Assembly: GCA_030603635.1 (NCBI GenBank)
Contig: JAUVXK010000001.1
Coordinates: 4,408 to 68,407, forward strand
Length of the DNA stretch: 64,000 nucleotides
Origin: Burkholderiales bacterium
GTDB lineage: Bacteria; Pseudomonadota; Gammaproteobacteria; Burkholderiales; Burkholderiaceae_C
Reading direction: 5' to 3'
Shown here: in pieces, positions 9,758 through 19,304 of the stretch
Layout: each line of letters starts with the position of its first letter
Numbering within the stretch: the first letter of the stretch is position 1
Translations under genes and position numbers: made by a program
The notes under the pieces: generated by a model
What the model saw: the letters and a program-made list of their open reading frames with translations, nothing else
Database searches by the model: none
Told to the model about the DNA's origin: nothing

Positions 9758-10870
9758 ATGACCCACCCCTCTTCCCCCGACGCCCCGACCGTGAGCTGGA
9801 ACGACCCGGCGCGCGCCGCCGCATTCACACGCTGGCTGGCCGAAATCGCCCCGGAACAGGCGATCGACCCGGCCACGGTGCGCCTGGCGTCGGCGGACGC
9901 GAGCTTCCGGCGCTATTTCCGCGTGGACCGCACCGACGCATCGGGCAGCAGCATCGTCATGGATGCCCCGCCCGACAAGGAAGACTGCCGCCCCTTCGTG
10001 CAGGTCGCCCGCCTGATGCAGGAGGCGGGTGTGCGGGCGCCGCAGGTGCTGGCCTGGGACGAAACCCTGGGCTTCATGCTGCTGACCGACCTGGGCGACC
10101 AGACCCTGCTCACCGCGCTGAACCCGGAGCAACCGGCCGCGGCCCTGCCCTACTTCAAGGACGCCGCTGCTGCCTTGCTGGCCTGGCAGCGGGCCTCGCG
10201 CCCCGGCGTGCTTCCAGTCTATGACGCCGCCTTGCTGCAGCGGGAACTGCAATTGTTCCCAGACTGGTACCTGGCACAGCACAAAGGACGGTCGCTCGAC
10301 GACGCCACCTGCAGCCTGCTGGCCCGGACCTTTTCCCTGATCGTCGAACGCAACCTGGCCGCGCCCAGCGTGTTCGTGCACCGCGACTTCATGCCGCGCA
10401 ACCTGATGTTGCCGGGCGAGGGCTTCGACCCGTCCGATCCGGCCCGGCGACTGGGGGTGCTGGATTTCCAGGACGCGGTCTATGGCCCGGTGACCTACGA
10501 CATCGCCTGCCTGATGCGCGACGCCTTCCTCACCTGGGAGGAGGACATGGTGCTGGACGTGACCATCCGCTACTGGGAACAGGCGCGCAAAGCCGGCCTG
10601 CTGGACTTCGACGGCTGGAGCGAGGACTTCGGCGCTTTCTACCGCGCGGTGGACTGGATGGCGCTGCAACGCCATCTCAAGGTAGCGGGCATCTTCGCGC
10701 GACTGACGCTGCGCGACGGCAAACCCCAGTACCTGGCCGACGCGCCACGCTTCCTCCTCTACATCCGCAACACGGCGGCGCGCTACCGCGAACTCACGCC
10801 CTTGCTGCGCCTGATCGATCAGGTCGAAGGCTGGGAAGCCGCCAGCGGCTTCGCCTACGGCCGCGTGTAA
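9758..10870 (+). CDS. aminoglycoside-phosphotransferase-fold kinase, AmgK-like (anomeric MurNAc/GlcNAc kinase candidate)
   Basis: APH-fold motifs VFVHRDFMPRNLM and LGVLDFQDAVYGP. Divergent from lptD, as amgK is in Pseudomonas (from memory). No murU partner is adjacent. Confidence 0.7.
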   Translation: MTHPSSPDAPTVSWNDPARAAAFTRWLAEIAPEQAIDPATVRLASADASFRRYFRVDRTDASGSSIVMDAPPDKEDCRPFVQVARLMQEAGVRAPQVLAWDETLGFMLLTDLGDQTLLTALNPEQPAAALPYFKDAAAALLAWQRASRPGVLPVYDAALLQRELQLFPDWYLAQHKGRSLDDATCSLLARTFSLIVERNLAAPSVFVHRDFMPRNLMLPGEGFDPSDPARRLGVLDFQDAVYGPVTYDIACLMRDAFLTWEEDMVLDVTIRYWEQARKAGLLDFDGWSEDFGAFYRAVDWMALQRHLKVAGIFARLTLRDGKPQYLADAPRFLLYIRNTAARYRELTPLLRLIDQVEGWEAASGFAYGRV

Positions 10871-10878
10871 ATCCGGCC

Positions 10879-11607
10879 ATGCCCCGCATCCACCACCCCG
10901 AGGCCTTGTACCCTGGCCAGGCGCTGGCTCTCACACCCGAGGGCGCACGCCACGTGCAGGTGCTGCGCCTGCAGCCAGGGGATGCGCTCACCCTGTTCGG
11001 CGACCCGGTGGCGGGGGGCGAATGGACGGCCACCGTGCTGCGCATGGGCCGCAGCAGCGTGGAGGTGCAGGTGCAGAGCCACCAGGCCTTGGAACGCGAA
11101 CCGGCACGTGCCGTGCACTTGGCTGTCGGCATGCCGGCCAACGAGCGCATGGACTGGCTGGTGGAGAAAGCCACCGAACTGGGTATGTCCAGCCTACAGC
11201 CGCTGATGACCGAGCGCACCGTGCTGCGCCTCAAGGGCGAGCGGGCCGACAAAAAGCAGGCCCACTGGCAGGCCGTGGCCGTGAGCGCCTGCGAGCAATG
11301 CGGCGGCAACCGGGTGCCCACGATCCATCCGGTGCGCACGCTGGACGACTGGCTGCGGCAGGCGCCGCCCGCTCCTGGGGTGTGGCGGGGCGTGCTGTCG
11401 CTGGCCGAGGGCAGCCGGCCGCTGGTGCACGCCATGCCCGGCGATCGCGCCGCCCCGCTGTGCCTGGTGCACGGGCCGGAAGGGGGGCTCGGCCCGGCCG
11501 AAGAGCAAGCGCTGCGGGCGGCGGGGTTTGCCCCGGTCAGCCTGGGACCGCGCGTGCTGCGCGCCGAAACCGCGGCGCTCGCGGCGCTGGTCCAGGCCCT
11601 GTCCTGA
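10879..11607 (+). CDS. rsmE: 16S rRNA (uracil1498-N3)-methyltransferase
   Basis: MPRIHHPEALYPGQALALTPEGARHVQVLRLQPGD... and a C-terminal SPOUT knot ending LGPRVLRAETAALAAL. Confidence 0.9.
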   Translation: MPRIHHPEALYPGQALALTPEGARHVQVLRLQPGDALTLFGDPVAGGEWTATVLRMGRSSVEVQVQSHQALEREPARAVHLAVGMPANERMDWLVEKATELGMSSLQPLMTERTVLRLKGERADKKQAHWQAVAVSACEQCGGNRVPTIHPVRTLDDWLRQAPPAPGVWRGVLSLAEGSRPLVHAMPGDRAAPLCLVHGPEGGLGPAEEQALRAAGFAPVSLGPRVLRAETAALAALVQALS

Positions 11608-11622
11608 ACCGGGTTTCGTCGC

Positions 11623-12183
11623 CTACTTCCAGCGCAGCGGCTCCAGTGCCACGCTGCCCTGGCTGCTGCTCAACGTCAACACCCCGTCGAGCACGGTGGC
11701 CTGAATCTGCATGCTGCGCTCGGCCAGGCCGCCCAGTGCCTGCGCGGCCTCGGTGGGCAGACGCCACACCTGCAGCCTGTCCAGCCGCGACAGCTTGGTT
11801 TCGATGCCTTTCCACCACACCTCGGCGGCGTGGTGGAACGCATACACGCGCACGGCATCGGCTTGGCTGCAGGCTTTGGCCAGCGGCTTGTCCTCGGGTT
11901 GGCCGACTTCGATCCACAGGCGCTTGCGGCCGGTGAAGTCGGTCAGGTGGGCGTCTGGGTCGTCGGGGTCGGACAGCCCGGCGCCAAAGGCCAGCGTGCC
12001 GTCGCCCCCGCAGGTGTCCTGCAGTTCATGCGCGTTCAGCGCCAGCGCGGCCAGCCGCACCATCATGCGCTCGTCGGTCTCGCTGGGGTGGCGGGCCAGC
12101 GTCAGCGCATGGTCGGCGTAGTAGTTGTGGTCGATGTCGGCCACCTGCAGGTTGGCCTTGAAGATGGTGGATTTGAGGGCCAT
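11623..12183 (-). CDS. yaeQ: YaeQ family protein
   Basis: ORF 11623..12828 trimmed to MALKSTIFKANLQVADIDHNYYADHALTLARHPSETDERMMVRL (cat 12181-12183), a characteristic YaeQ N-terminus. 186 aa. Confidence 0.85.
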   Translation of the reverse strand: MALKSTIFKANLQVADIDHNYYADHALTLARHPSETDERMMVRLAALALNAHELQDTCGGDGTLAFGAGLSDPDDPDAHLTDFTGRKRLWIEVGQPEDKPLAKACSQADAVRVYAFHHAAEVWWKGIETKLSRLDRLQVWRLPTEAAQALGGLAERSMQIQATVLDGVLTLSSSQGSVALEPLRWK

Positions 12184-12203
12184 GCGGGACTCGGGGATGG
12201 CGT

Positions 12204-12686
12204 TCAGCGCAGGGCCAGAACGGAGGGGTCGGTGTGGATGAGGTCGAGCGGGAAACGCCGCCCGGCCAGGTGGTCTTCCATGCATTGCAGCACCAGCGGA
12301 CTGCGGTGCCGGTCGCGGCTGGCCCGGATGTCGTCTGGGGTTAGCCAGACGGTGCGTACGATGCCTGTATCGAGCGCCCGACCAGGAACCGGATCGCCCA
12401 GCGTGCCGCAGAACGCCAAGCGCAGGTAGGTGATGTCCTCGCCGGTGGCGGGGCGCTGAAAGCGCGAAAGGTAGATGCCCACCAGCGCCGTGGGCTCGAA
12501 GGGATGGGCGGTTTCTTCCAGCACCTCGCGCACGCACCCTTGCACCGGGCTTTCGCCAGGGTCCAGGTGCCCGGCGGGGTTGTTCAGGCGCAGTCCTTCG
12601 GGTGTGTGTTCCTCCACCAGCAGGTAACGCCCATCGCGCTCGATCAGGGCGGCTACGGTGACACTGGGTTTCCATCGGTCTTGCAT
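12204..12686 (-). CDS. NUDIX hydrolase (NudJ-like)
   Basis: Nudix box GHLDPGESPVQGCVREVLEETA; 160 aa. Confidence 0.85.
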   Translation of the reverse strand: MQDRWKPSVTVAALIERDGRYLLVEEHTPEGLRLNNPAGHLDPGESPVQGCVREVLEETAHPFEPTALVGIYLSRFQRPATGEDITYLRLAFCGTLGDPVPGRALDTGIVRTVWLTPDDIRASRDRHRSPLVLQCMEDHLAGRRFPLDLIHTDPSVLALR

Positions 12687-12730
12687 GCCAGGGATTATCG
12701 CGAGGCTGGCCCGCCCCTGGAGACACCAGA

Positions 12731-12755
12731 ATATCAGTTAACGCTGATATATAGT
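12731..12755 (+). promoter_or_regulatory. inverted repeat ATATCAG-N6-CTGATAT overlapping a TGaTATATA/TATAGT -10-like element upstream of pntAA
   Basis: Read directly: atatcag ttaacg ctgatat (12731-12750), followed by atagt. Lies in the AT-rich patch of the nudix/pntAA divergent region. Confidence 0.3.
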
Positions 12756-12867
12756 CCCCCCAATCCTTGGACAGATGTCGTTGCGCCGACAGCACAGCAG
12801 TCGAAAAAACGGTTACGCTCCGGGGCAAAGTCAGGTTGTTGACATTTCAGCGAGTGAGGAGACCAAC

Positions 12868-14001
12868 ATGCAGATAGGCGTTCCCGCCGAAACCGTGGCG
12901 GGCGAAACCCGTGTGGCCGTGACACCGGAGACGGCGAAGAAACTGGTGGCGCAGGGGCACAAGGTGCTCGTGCAGTCCGGTGCCGGGCTGGCCGCCAGTG
13001 CCACCGACGAGGCCTACCGCGCAGCCGGAGCCGAGGTGGTGGACGCGGCCGGCGCCTTGGGCAGCGACCTAGTGCTCAAGGTGCGTTCGCCACAAGCCGG
13101 CGAACTGGCGCTGATGAAGCCCGGTGCCACGCTGGTGGGCATGCTCAACCCCTTCGATGCCCAGGGCCTCGCCGCGCTGGCCCAGGCCGGTCTGACCAGT
13201 TTTGCCCTGGAGGCCGCCCCACGCACCACGCGCGCCCAGAGCATGGACGTGCTCTCCAGCCAGGCCAACATCGCCGGCTACAAGGCCGTGATGATGGCGG
13301 CCAACCAGTACCAGCGCCTGTTCCCCATGCTCATGACCGCCGCCGGCACCATCAAGGCCGCGCGCGTCGTCATTCTGGGCGTGGGTGTGGCGGGCTTGCA
13401 GGCCATTGCCACCGCCAAGCGCCTGGGCGCCGTGATCGAAGCCTCCGACGTGCGCCCATCCGTGAAGGAGCAGGTGGAGTCGCTGGGCGCCAAGTTCATC
13501 GACGTGCCCTTTGATACGGCCGAAGAGAAGGAAGCCGCCGAGGGCGTGGGCGGTTACGCGCGCCCCATGCCGCAAAGCTGGCTCGACCGCCAGAAGGCCG
13601 AGGTGGCCAAGCGCGTGGCACAGGCCGACGTGGTCATTTCCACAGCGCTCATCCCCGGCCGCGCGGCGCCGGTGCTCATCACCGAGGACATGGTCAAGAG
13701 CATGAAGCCGGGTTCGGTGATCGTGGACATCGCGGCTGGCAAGGGGCCCAACGGCACCGACGGCAACTGCCCCCTGACCGAAGCCGGCCAGACGGTGCAG
13801 AAGCACGGCGTGTTCATCATCGGCGAAACCAACATTCCCGCGCTGGTGGCGGCCGACAGTTCCAGCCTCTATGCCCGCAACGTGCTGGACTTCCTGAAAC
13901 TGATTTGCCCCAAGGACGCCACCACCGTTCAGGTGCCGATGGATGACGACATCGTGGCGGCCTGCCTCATGACCCAGGGCGGCGAAGTCAAGCGCAAATA
14001 A
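12868..14001 (+). CDS. pntAA: NAD(P) transhydrogenase subunit alpha, part 1
   Basis: ORF 12775..14001 trimmed to MQIGVPAETVAGETRVAVTPE (ATG 12868, GAGGAG upstream). Rossmann motif VILGVGVAGLQAIATA. Confidence 0.93.
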   Translation: MQIGVPAETVAGETRVAVTPETAKKLVAQGHKVLVQSGAGLAASATDEAYRAAGAEVVDAAGALGSDLVLKVRSPQAGELALMKPGATLVGMLNPFDAQGLAALAQAGLTSFALEAAPRTTRAQSMDVLSSQANIAGYKAVMMAANQYQRLFPMLMTAAGTIKAARVVILGVGVAGLQAIATAKRLGAVIEASDVRPSVKEQVESLGAKFIDVPFDTAEEKEAAEGVGGYARPMPQSWLDRQKAEVAKRVAQADVVISTALIPGRAAPVLITEDMVKSMKPGSVIVDIAAGKGPNGTDGNCPLTEAGQTVQKHGVFIIGETNIPALVAADSSSLYARNVLDFLKLICPKDATTVQVPMDDDIVAACLMTQGGEVKRK

Positions 14002-14015
14002 ACAGGAGCTCACGC

Positions 14016-14339
14016 ATGGAAGCCATTTCCCCGGTTGTTTTCAACCTCATCATCTTCGTGCTGGCGATCTACGTCGGCTACCACGTGGTCTGGAACGTCA
14101 CGCCGGCGCTGCACACGCCGCTCATGGCCGTGACCAACGCCATTTCCGCTATCGTGATCGTGGGGGCCATGCTGGCCGCCGCGCTGACCGAAACGGGCCT
14201 GGGCAAGACCATGGGCGTGCTCGCCGTGGCACTGGCTGCGGTCAACGTGTTCGGTGGCTTTCTGGTGACGCGCCGCATGCTCGAGATGTTCAAGAAGAAG
14301 GAACGCAAGGCACCGGGCGCGGAAGGAGCCGCCAAATGA
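14016..14339 (+). CDS. pntAB: NAD(P) transhydrogenase subunit alpha, part 2 (membrane)
   Basis: 107 aa, three hydrophobic helices, between pntAA and pntB. ATGA overlap with pntB. Confidence 0.9.
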   Translation: MEAISPVVFNLIIFVLAIYVGYHVVWNVTPALHTPLMAVTNAISAIVIVGAMLAAALTETGLGKTMGVLAVALAAVNVFGGFLVTRRMLEMFKKKERKAPGAEGAAK

Positions 14340-15772
14340 GCATGAACCTCGTCGTTCTGTTGTACCTGGTGGCCTCGGTGTGCTTCATCCAGGCGCTCAA
14401 GGGCCTGAGCCACCCCACCTCCTCGATCCGTGGCGTCATGTTCGGCATGACCGGCATGGGGATTGCCATCCTCACCACCGTGGGGCTGATCGTCACACTG
14501 GCGCAAGTCATGTCGGTGGACGCGGTCTCCGGGCTGGGCTGGATTGTGCTGGGCCTTGTGGCCGGTGGCGCTTTCGGCACGGTGCTGGCCCGTCGCGTGG
14601 AAATGACCAAGATGCCCGAGCTGGTGGCCTTCATGCACAGCATGGTCGGTCTGGCGGCCGTGTTCATCGCCTTTGCCGTGGTGGAAGAGCCCTGGGCCTT
14701 CAACCTCGCGGAAAAAGGCGGGGACATGCCGTTCGGCAACAAGATTGAACTGTTCCTGGGCTCGGCCATCGGTGCCATCACCTTCAGCGGTTCGGTGATT
14801 GCCTTCGGCAAGCTGAGCGGCAAATACAAGTTCCGTCTGTTCCAGGGCGCGCCGGTCACGTTTGCCGGCCAGCACATGGTCAACCTGGTGCTGGGCGTGG
14901 CGGTGGTGGCGCTGGGCATCTACTTTGCCTTCACTGGCAACTGGACGGCCTTCTTCGTGCTCACCGCCATCAGCTTCGTGCTGGGCGTGCTGATCATCAT
15001 CCCCATCGGCGGGGCCGACATGCCGGTGGTGGTGTCCATGCTCAACAGCTATTCGGGCTGGGCAGCGGCGGGCATCGGCTTTTCGCTGAACAACAGCATG
15101 CTGATCATCGCGGGTTCGCTGGTGGGCTCGTCCGGTGCGATCCTGAGCTACATCATGTGCAAGGCCATGAACCGCAGCTTCTTCAGCGTGATTCTGGGCG
15201 GCTTTGGTGGCGAGGCGGGTGCGGCGGCGGCCAGCGGGGGCGTGCAGCGCACCGCCAAGAGCGGCAGCGCCGACGACGCGGCCTTCATCCTGGGCAATGC
15301 CGAAACCGTGATCATCGTGCCCGGCTACGGCCTGGCCGTGGCGCGCGCCCAGCACGCGGTCAAGGAACTGGCGCACAAGCTCACCGAAAAGGGCATCACG
15401 GTGAAGTACGCCATCCACCCGGTGGCAGGCCGCATGCCGGGCCACATGAACGTGCTGCTGGCCGAAGCCGAAGTGCCATACGACCAGGTGTTCGAGATGG
15501 AGGACATCAACTCCGAGTTCGGGCAGGCCGACGTGGCCATCATCCTGGGCGCCAACGACGTGGTGAACCCCGCCGCGCTGCAGAAGGGCTCCACCATCTA
15601 CGGCATGCCCATCCTGGAGGCCTACAAGGCCAAGACCGTGATCGTGAACAAGCGCTCCATGGCCGCCGGTTACGCCGGGCTGGACAACGAGCTGTTCTAC
15701 ATGGACAAGACCATGATGGTCTTCGGCGACGCCAAGAAGGTCGTGGAAGACATGACCAAGGCGATCGAGTGA
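14336..15772 (+). CDS. pntB: NAD(P) transhydrogenase subunit beta
   Basis: 478 aa. Polytopic N-terminal half plus NADP(H) domain motifs VIIVPGYGLAVARAQH and AIHPVAGRMPGHMNVLLAEA. Confidence 0.95.
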   Translation: MSMNLVVLLYLVASVCFIQALKGLSHPTSSIRGVMFGMTGMGIAILTTVGLIVTLAQVMSVDAVSGLGWIVLGLVAGGAFGTVLARRVEMTKMPELVAFMHSMVGLAAVFIAFAVVEEPWAFNLAEKGGDMPFGNKIELFLGSAIGAITFSGSVIAFGKLSGKYKFRLFQGAPVTFAGQHMVNLVLGVAVVALGIYFAFTGNWTAFFVLTAISFVLGVLIIIPIGGADMPVVVSMLNSYSGWAAAGIGFSLNNSMLIIAGSLVGSSGAILSYIMCKAMNRSFFSVILGGFGGEAGAAAASGGVQRTAKSGSADDAAFILGNAETVIIVPGYGLAVARAQHAVKELAHKLTEKGITVKYAIHPVAGRMPGHMNVLLAEAEVPYDQVFEMEDINSEFGQADVAIILGANDVVNPAALQKGSTIYGMPILEAYKAKTVIVNKRSMAAGYAGLDNELFYMDKTMMVFGDAKKVVEDMTKAIE

Positions 15773-15787
15773 TCTGAAGGTGGCGGG

Positions 15788-16621
15788 CTACTGGCCGGTG
15801 GCATGTGCCGTTGCGGTGGCCCGGCCTTCCTGCAGGAGGAAGTCCACCACCTCCTGCCACCACCGGTCATCGACATGGCCCAGCCAGTCGTTGTGGCCAG
15901 CGCCACGCACCTGCCACATGCGCTTGGGCGCGGACAACCCGGCATACAGGCTGGCCCCCAGGCGGGCGGGGACGATGGTGTCGCGCTCCGCCACAACGAC
16001 CGCGATGGGAACGGAGGCGCCTGCCAGATGCCGCTGGCTGTCGTAACGGTCGCGCAGCAACCAGCGCACCGGCAGCCAGGGGTAATGGTGGCTGGCCACG
16101 TTTTCCAGGCGGTCCCAAGGGGTCATCAGCAGCAGGCCTGCCACGGCTTGCGGTGCCTGCGCATAGGCCGCTGCCGCCACACCCGAGCCCAGCGACTCAC
16201 CGGCCAGCAGGACCGGGGCGCCAAACTCCCGAAGGGCCATGGCGATGGTCTCCGCGGCGTTGGTGGTCAGTGAGGTCTCGCCCAAGTCACCGGGCCGTGG
16301 GCCGTAGCCAGGGTACTCCGCGAGGATGACGCGAAGGCCGTGGCGGCTGAGATCGGCATAGGGGGCGCGGTGACCGGCATGGCCCGCATTGCCATGAAAC
16401 AGCACCAGCGTGGCGCGAGCAGGCCCTTGCGGCTCACGCATCAGGCCACGAAACTCACCCGCCGCAGGCCAGCGTTGCAGCCCCATCGAGGGGGCGGCAG
16501 ACAGCACCGACTCCAGTGTCGCCTTGTCAGGGAAATACAGCAGGCGATCCTGAAACACGGTCATCCCGCCGACCAGCAGCCCACCGAGGAGAGCCAGTTG
16601 AAGAACGATGCGCCGGAACAT
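15788..16621 (-). CDS. alpha/beta hydrolase, membrane-anchored
   Basis: N-terminal TM segment, LVLFHGNAGHAGHR, and nucleophile elbow GESLGSG. Confidence 0.85.
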   Translation of the reverse strand: MFRRIVLQLALLGGLLVGGMTVFQDRLLYFPDKATLESVLSAAPSMGLQRWPAAGEFRGLMREPQGPARATLVLFHGNAGHAGHRAPYADLSRHGLRVILAEYPGYGPRPGDLGETSLTTNAAETIAMALREFGAPVLLAGESLGSGVAAAAYAQAPQAVAGLLLMTPWDRLENVASHHYPWLPVRWLLRDRYDSQRHLAGASVPIAVVVAERDTIVPARLGASLYAGLSAPKRMWQVRGAGHNDWLGHVDDRWWQEVVDFLLQEGRATATAHATGQ

Positions 16622-16647
16622 GGCATGAGAGGATGGCCTGGTCCGCT

Positions 16648-17229
16648 TCAGCGCAGCGGGAGGATGCCGAGCACGTTCAGCGCGCCGTCGGGCGCGGACT
16701 CGGCGACCACGGCCTCACCGTAGCTGGGTTGTTCGCCCGTGAGGGCATCGATGTTGGGCAGATGGGTGACGAGGATGACAGGCCGGTCGCCGCGCAGGCG
16801 TTTGATCCAGCCTTCGGCCGCATCGGTGGCCTCGTTCATGCGCTCACCGCCACCGGAGAGGAATTCCCGTAGTGCGGGATCGGTCTGCGTCTGGCCGAAG
16901 GCCAGTTGGGCGGTGTCGCGGGTTCTGCACATGGCCGACGCCACCACCTGTACCCGCTCGGGCGTCAGGCCCTTGCTCGCAAAGAGCTGGCCCACCGCCC
17001 GTGCCTGCTGCTGTCCCTGGGGGGTCAACATTCTTTCGCCCTGGCACCGGCCGCTGGCATCGAAGTGGGTGGAGTCACCCGGGCCCACTTCGCCGTGCCG
17101 CAACACCACCACGATGTGGGGACGCGTCTGGATGACGCTCCACAAGGCGTCACCCGACTGGGCCAGGGCCGGGCTGCTCCACAGCGACAGGGCGGTCATG
17201 CATCCGGCGAGCGTGAACAGCAGGCGCAT
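16648..17229 (-). CDS. secreted histidine phosphatase family protein
   Basis: Signal peptide MRLLFTLAGCMTALSLWSSPALAQ, and RHG motif VVVLRHGE. Confidence 0.8.
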   Translation of the reverse strand: MRLLFTLAGCMTALSLWSSPALAQSGDALWSVIQTRPHIVVVLRHGEVGPGDSTHFDASGRCQGERMLTPQGQQQARAVGQLFASKGLTPERVQVVASAMCRTRDTAQLAFGQTQTDPALREFLSGGGERMNEATDAAEGWIKRLRGDRPVILVTHLPNIDALTGEQPSYGEAVVAESAPDGALNVLGILPLR

Positions 17230-17243
17230 GGGTCGGCTCCTGC

Positions 17244-18437
17244 TCAGCTGTGGGTGGAAGGTGCCGAGCGGCGACGTCCGCGGCGGGTCGCCATCGGCGG
17301 AATGCTTGGCAAGGGTTGGCGTGTGGCCGTGGCGCCATGGATCACCCCGCCTCCCAGGCAGACCTCACCGTCGTACAGCACGGCGCTTTGCCCAGGCGTG
17401 ACGGCCCATTGGGGCTCTTCGAAAGCGAGGGCGAAGCCGGTGGGGCCGGCTGACGCGAAGGTGCAGGCCGCGTCGGCCTGGCGGTAGCGGGTCTTGGCCC
17501 CGTAGGTACCAGGGGCGGGGGGCTCGCCGGCCACCCAGCTGGCGTCCTGCGCCTCCAGTTCGGGCGAGAGCAACCAGGGGTGGTCGTGGCCCTGGACCAC
17601 CCACAGGGTGTTGCCGGGCACGTCCTTGCGGGCCACAAACCAGGGGGCGTGTTCGCCGCCCCCCTTGGCGACACCCTTGTCCTTCACGCCACCGATGCCC
17701 AGGCCCTGGCGCTGCCCCAGTGTATAGAAGCTAAGGCCCACGTGCTGGCCGATCTCGCGGCCCTGATCGTCGCGGATGGGGCCGGGGGCTTTCTGGATGT
17801 AGCGGTTCAGGAAGTCGCGGAAGGGCCGCTCACCGATGAAGCAGATGCCGGTGGAGTCCTTCTTCTTGGCATTGGGTAGGCCGATGTCGGCGGCGATGCG
17901 GCGCACCTCGGTCTTGGGCAATTCGCCCACCGGGAACATCGTCTTGCTCAGTTGCGCCTGATTCAGGCGGTGCAGGAAGTAGCTCTGATCTTTCAGCGGG
18001 TCCAGGCCCTTGAGCAGTTCGTACCGGCCGCTGGCGCTGTTCAGGCGCACGCGGGCGTAGTGGCCGGTGGCGATCTTTTCCGCGCCCAACGCAAAAGCGT
18101 GGTCCAGGAAGGCCTTGAACTTGATTTCGGCGTTGCAGAGGATGTCGGGGTTGGGCGTGCGGCCCGCCTGGTATTCGCGCAGGAATTCGGCGAACACACG
18201 GTCCTTGTACTCCGCAGCGAAGTTGACATGTTCAATGTCGATGCCGATCACATCGGCCACGCTGGCAGCATCCAGCCAGTCCTGCCGGCTGGAGCAGTAT
18301 TCGCTGTCGTCGTCATCTTCCCAGTTCTTCATGAAGATGCCGATGACCTCGTGCCCCTGCTGTTTGAGCAGGTACGCACTGACGGCGGAATCCACGCCGC
18401 CGGACAGGCCGACGACGACACGGTGTTTGCTTGACAT
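17244..18437 (-). CDS. mnmA: tRNA 2-thiouridine(34) synthase
   Basis: ORF 17244..18548 trimmed to [24 protein letters not shown] (PP-loop; cat 18435-18437). Confidence 0.93.
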   Translation of the reverse strand: MSSKHRVVVGLSGGVDSAVSAYLLKQQGHEVIGIFMKNWEDDDDSEYCSSRQDWLDAASVADVIGIDIEHVNFAAEYKDRVFAEFLREYQAGRTPNPDILCNAEIKFKAFLDHAFALGAEKIATGHYARVRLNSASGRYELLKGLDPLKDQSYFLHRLNQAQLSKTMFPVGELPKTEVRRIAADIGLPNAKKKDSTGICFIGERPFRDFLNRYIQKAPGPIRDDQGREIGQHVGLSFYTLGQRQGLGIGGVKDKGVAKGGGEHAPWFVARKDVPGNTLWVVQGHDHPWLLSPELEAQDASWVAGEPPAPGTYGAKTRYRQADAACTFASAGPTGFALAFEEPQWAVTPGQSAVLYDGEVCLGGGVIHGATATRQPLPSIPPMATRRGRRRSAPSTHS

Positions 18438-18504
18438 AGGGGGATTATCCCAGCCGTTGACCCGGCACACCATGGCATGGGGCCATGCATGGGTAAGATG
18501 CGGC

Positions 18505-18903
18505 ATGCCTTCCCTGGTGAATGAAGACGAAGTGGAGATCACGGCCATGCGGGCGCAGGGGCCGGGTGGTCAGAATGTGAACAAGGTGGCCACGGCGGTC
18601 CACCTCCGGTTCGATATCCGCGCTTCATCTCTGCCTGATGCGGTGAAAGGGCGCCTACTGGCATTGCCGGGCCGGCGCGTCAGCAAAGATGGCATCTTGC
18701 TGCTGAAGGTCCAGTCGGCCCGCAGCCAGGAGCAGAACCGGGCGATGGCGCTGGCACGGCTGGAGGCGATCGTGGAGCAGGCCTGGCCGGAGCCGGAAAT
18801 TCGGCGTCCCACGAAACCGACCTATGGCTCCAAACAGCGCCGACTGGAGGGCAAGGCGTTGCGTTCACAGGTGAAGGCCGGGCGACGGAAGATGGACGAT
18901 TGA
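18505..18903 (+). CDS. arfB: alternative ribosome-rescue factor / peptidyl-tRNA hydrolase ArfB
   Basis: ORF 18067..18903 trimmed to [28 protein letters not shown] (GGQ motif), with the basic C-terminal tail [26 protein letters not shown]. Confidence 0.9.
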   Translation: MPSLVNEDEVEITAMRAQGPGGQNVNKVATAVHLRFDIRASSLPDAVKGRLLALPGRRVSKDGILLLKVQSARSQEQNRAMALARLEAIVEQAWPEPEIRRPTKPTYGSKQRRLEGKALRSQVKAGRRKMDD

Positions 18904-19216
18904 ACGGGTGGCGCTTTTTTCGGACATCTCCGATCCTTCGGTCAGCGCCGCTTGCACCCGCTCAAACTTGATCGGGCGCTACAGCCCCTCCATGAATACG
19001 CTGTCGCTCCCCTCCCTCGCTCTTGCGGTCTGAGGTCAGACAGCAGCCCCGCCTTGGCCCCGCTACGGTGAAGTCCTTGGCCGTGAGCGAGGAGGCCTGA
19101 GCGATGTTGGCCATCGCGTCCACGCCAAAGTGGCCAACCGGATTGCTCTATGACCCAGTGCATGTGGCGGGAATAGTTATCCCTTCTCAAGAAGCAATCT
19201 ATGTCAAGCTCATTTT

Positions 19217-19232
19217 TTTGTATATATACAAA
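19217..19232. promoter_or_regulatory. perfect 16-bp palindrome TTTGTATATATACAAA, candidate IclR operator (site 1)
   Basis: Read directly. Lies 13 bp upstream of a -35 box. A near-identical site occurs at 24781-24796. Confidence 0.55.
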
Positions 19233-19244
19233 TAATTAATCCAT

Positions 19245-19273
19245 TTGACAATTTATTTTGGTGACCAGATACT
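19245..19273 (+). promoter_or_regulatory. sigma70-type promoter of the low-GC operon: TTGACA-N17-GATACT
   Basis: TTGACA at 19245-19250 and GATACT at 19268-19273, 31 nt before the ATG at 19305. Confidence 0.5.
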
Positions 19274-19304
19274 TTGAGCACACCAACACAAAGCTCATCC
19301 GGTC

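Noticed and set aside
11623-12828. Long N-terminal extensions of real genes in the ORF track: yaeQ to 12828, maeB from 1705, proA to 32867, the GGDEF-EAL gene from 31914, dacB to 42668, DMT from 40713, pfk to 53730 and FAH from 38639.
   Set aside because: The extensions run through neighbouring genes or promoters and translate to low-complexity sequence. Family-typical N-termini with ribosome-binding sites are found at internal Met codons, which I used instead.
18473-18493. CCATGGCATGGGGCCATGCATGG, overlapping CCATG-type palindromes in the 67-bp mnmA/arfB divergent region.
   Set aside because: It is real in the sequence, but I could not relate it to any promoter element or known operator, and short CATG palindromes arise easily around start codons. 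Not enough support for a claim.
18942-19190. 82-aa ORF (minus strand) in the arfB/island gap as a functional gene.
   Set aside because: Implausible composition (MRRDNYSRHMHWVIEQSGWPLWRGRDGQHRSGLL...), no ribosome-binding site and no family resemblance. Kept only as a possible remnant in the findings.
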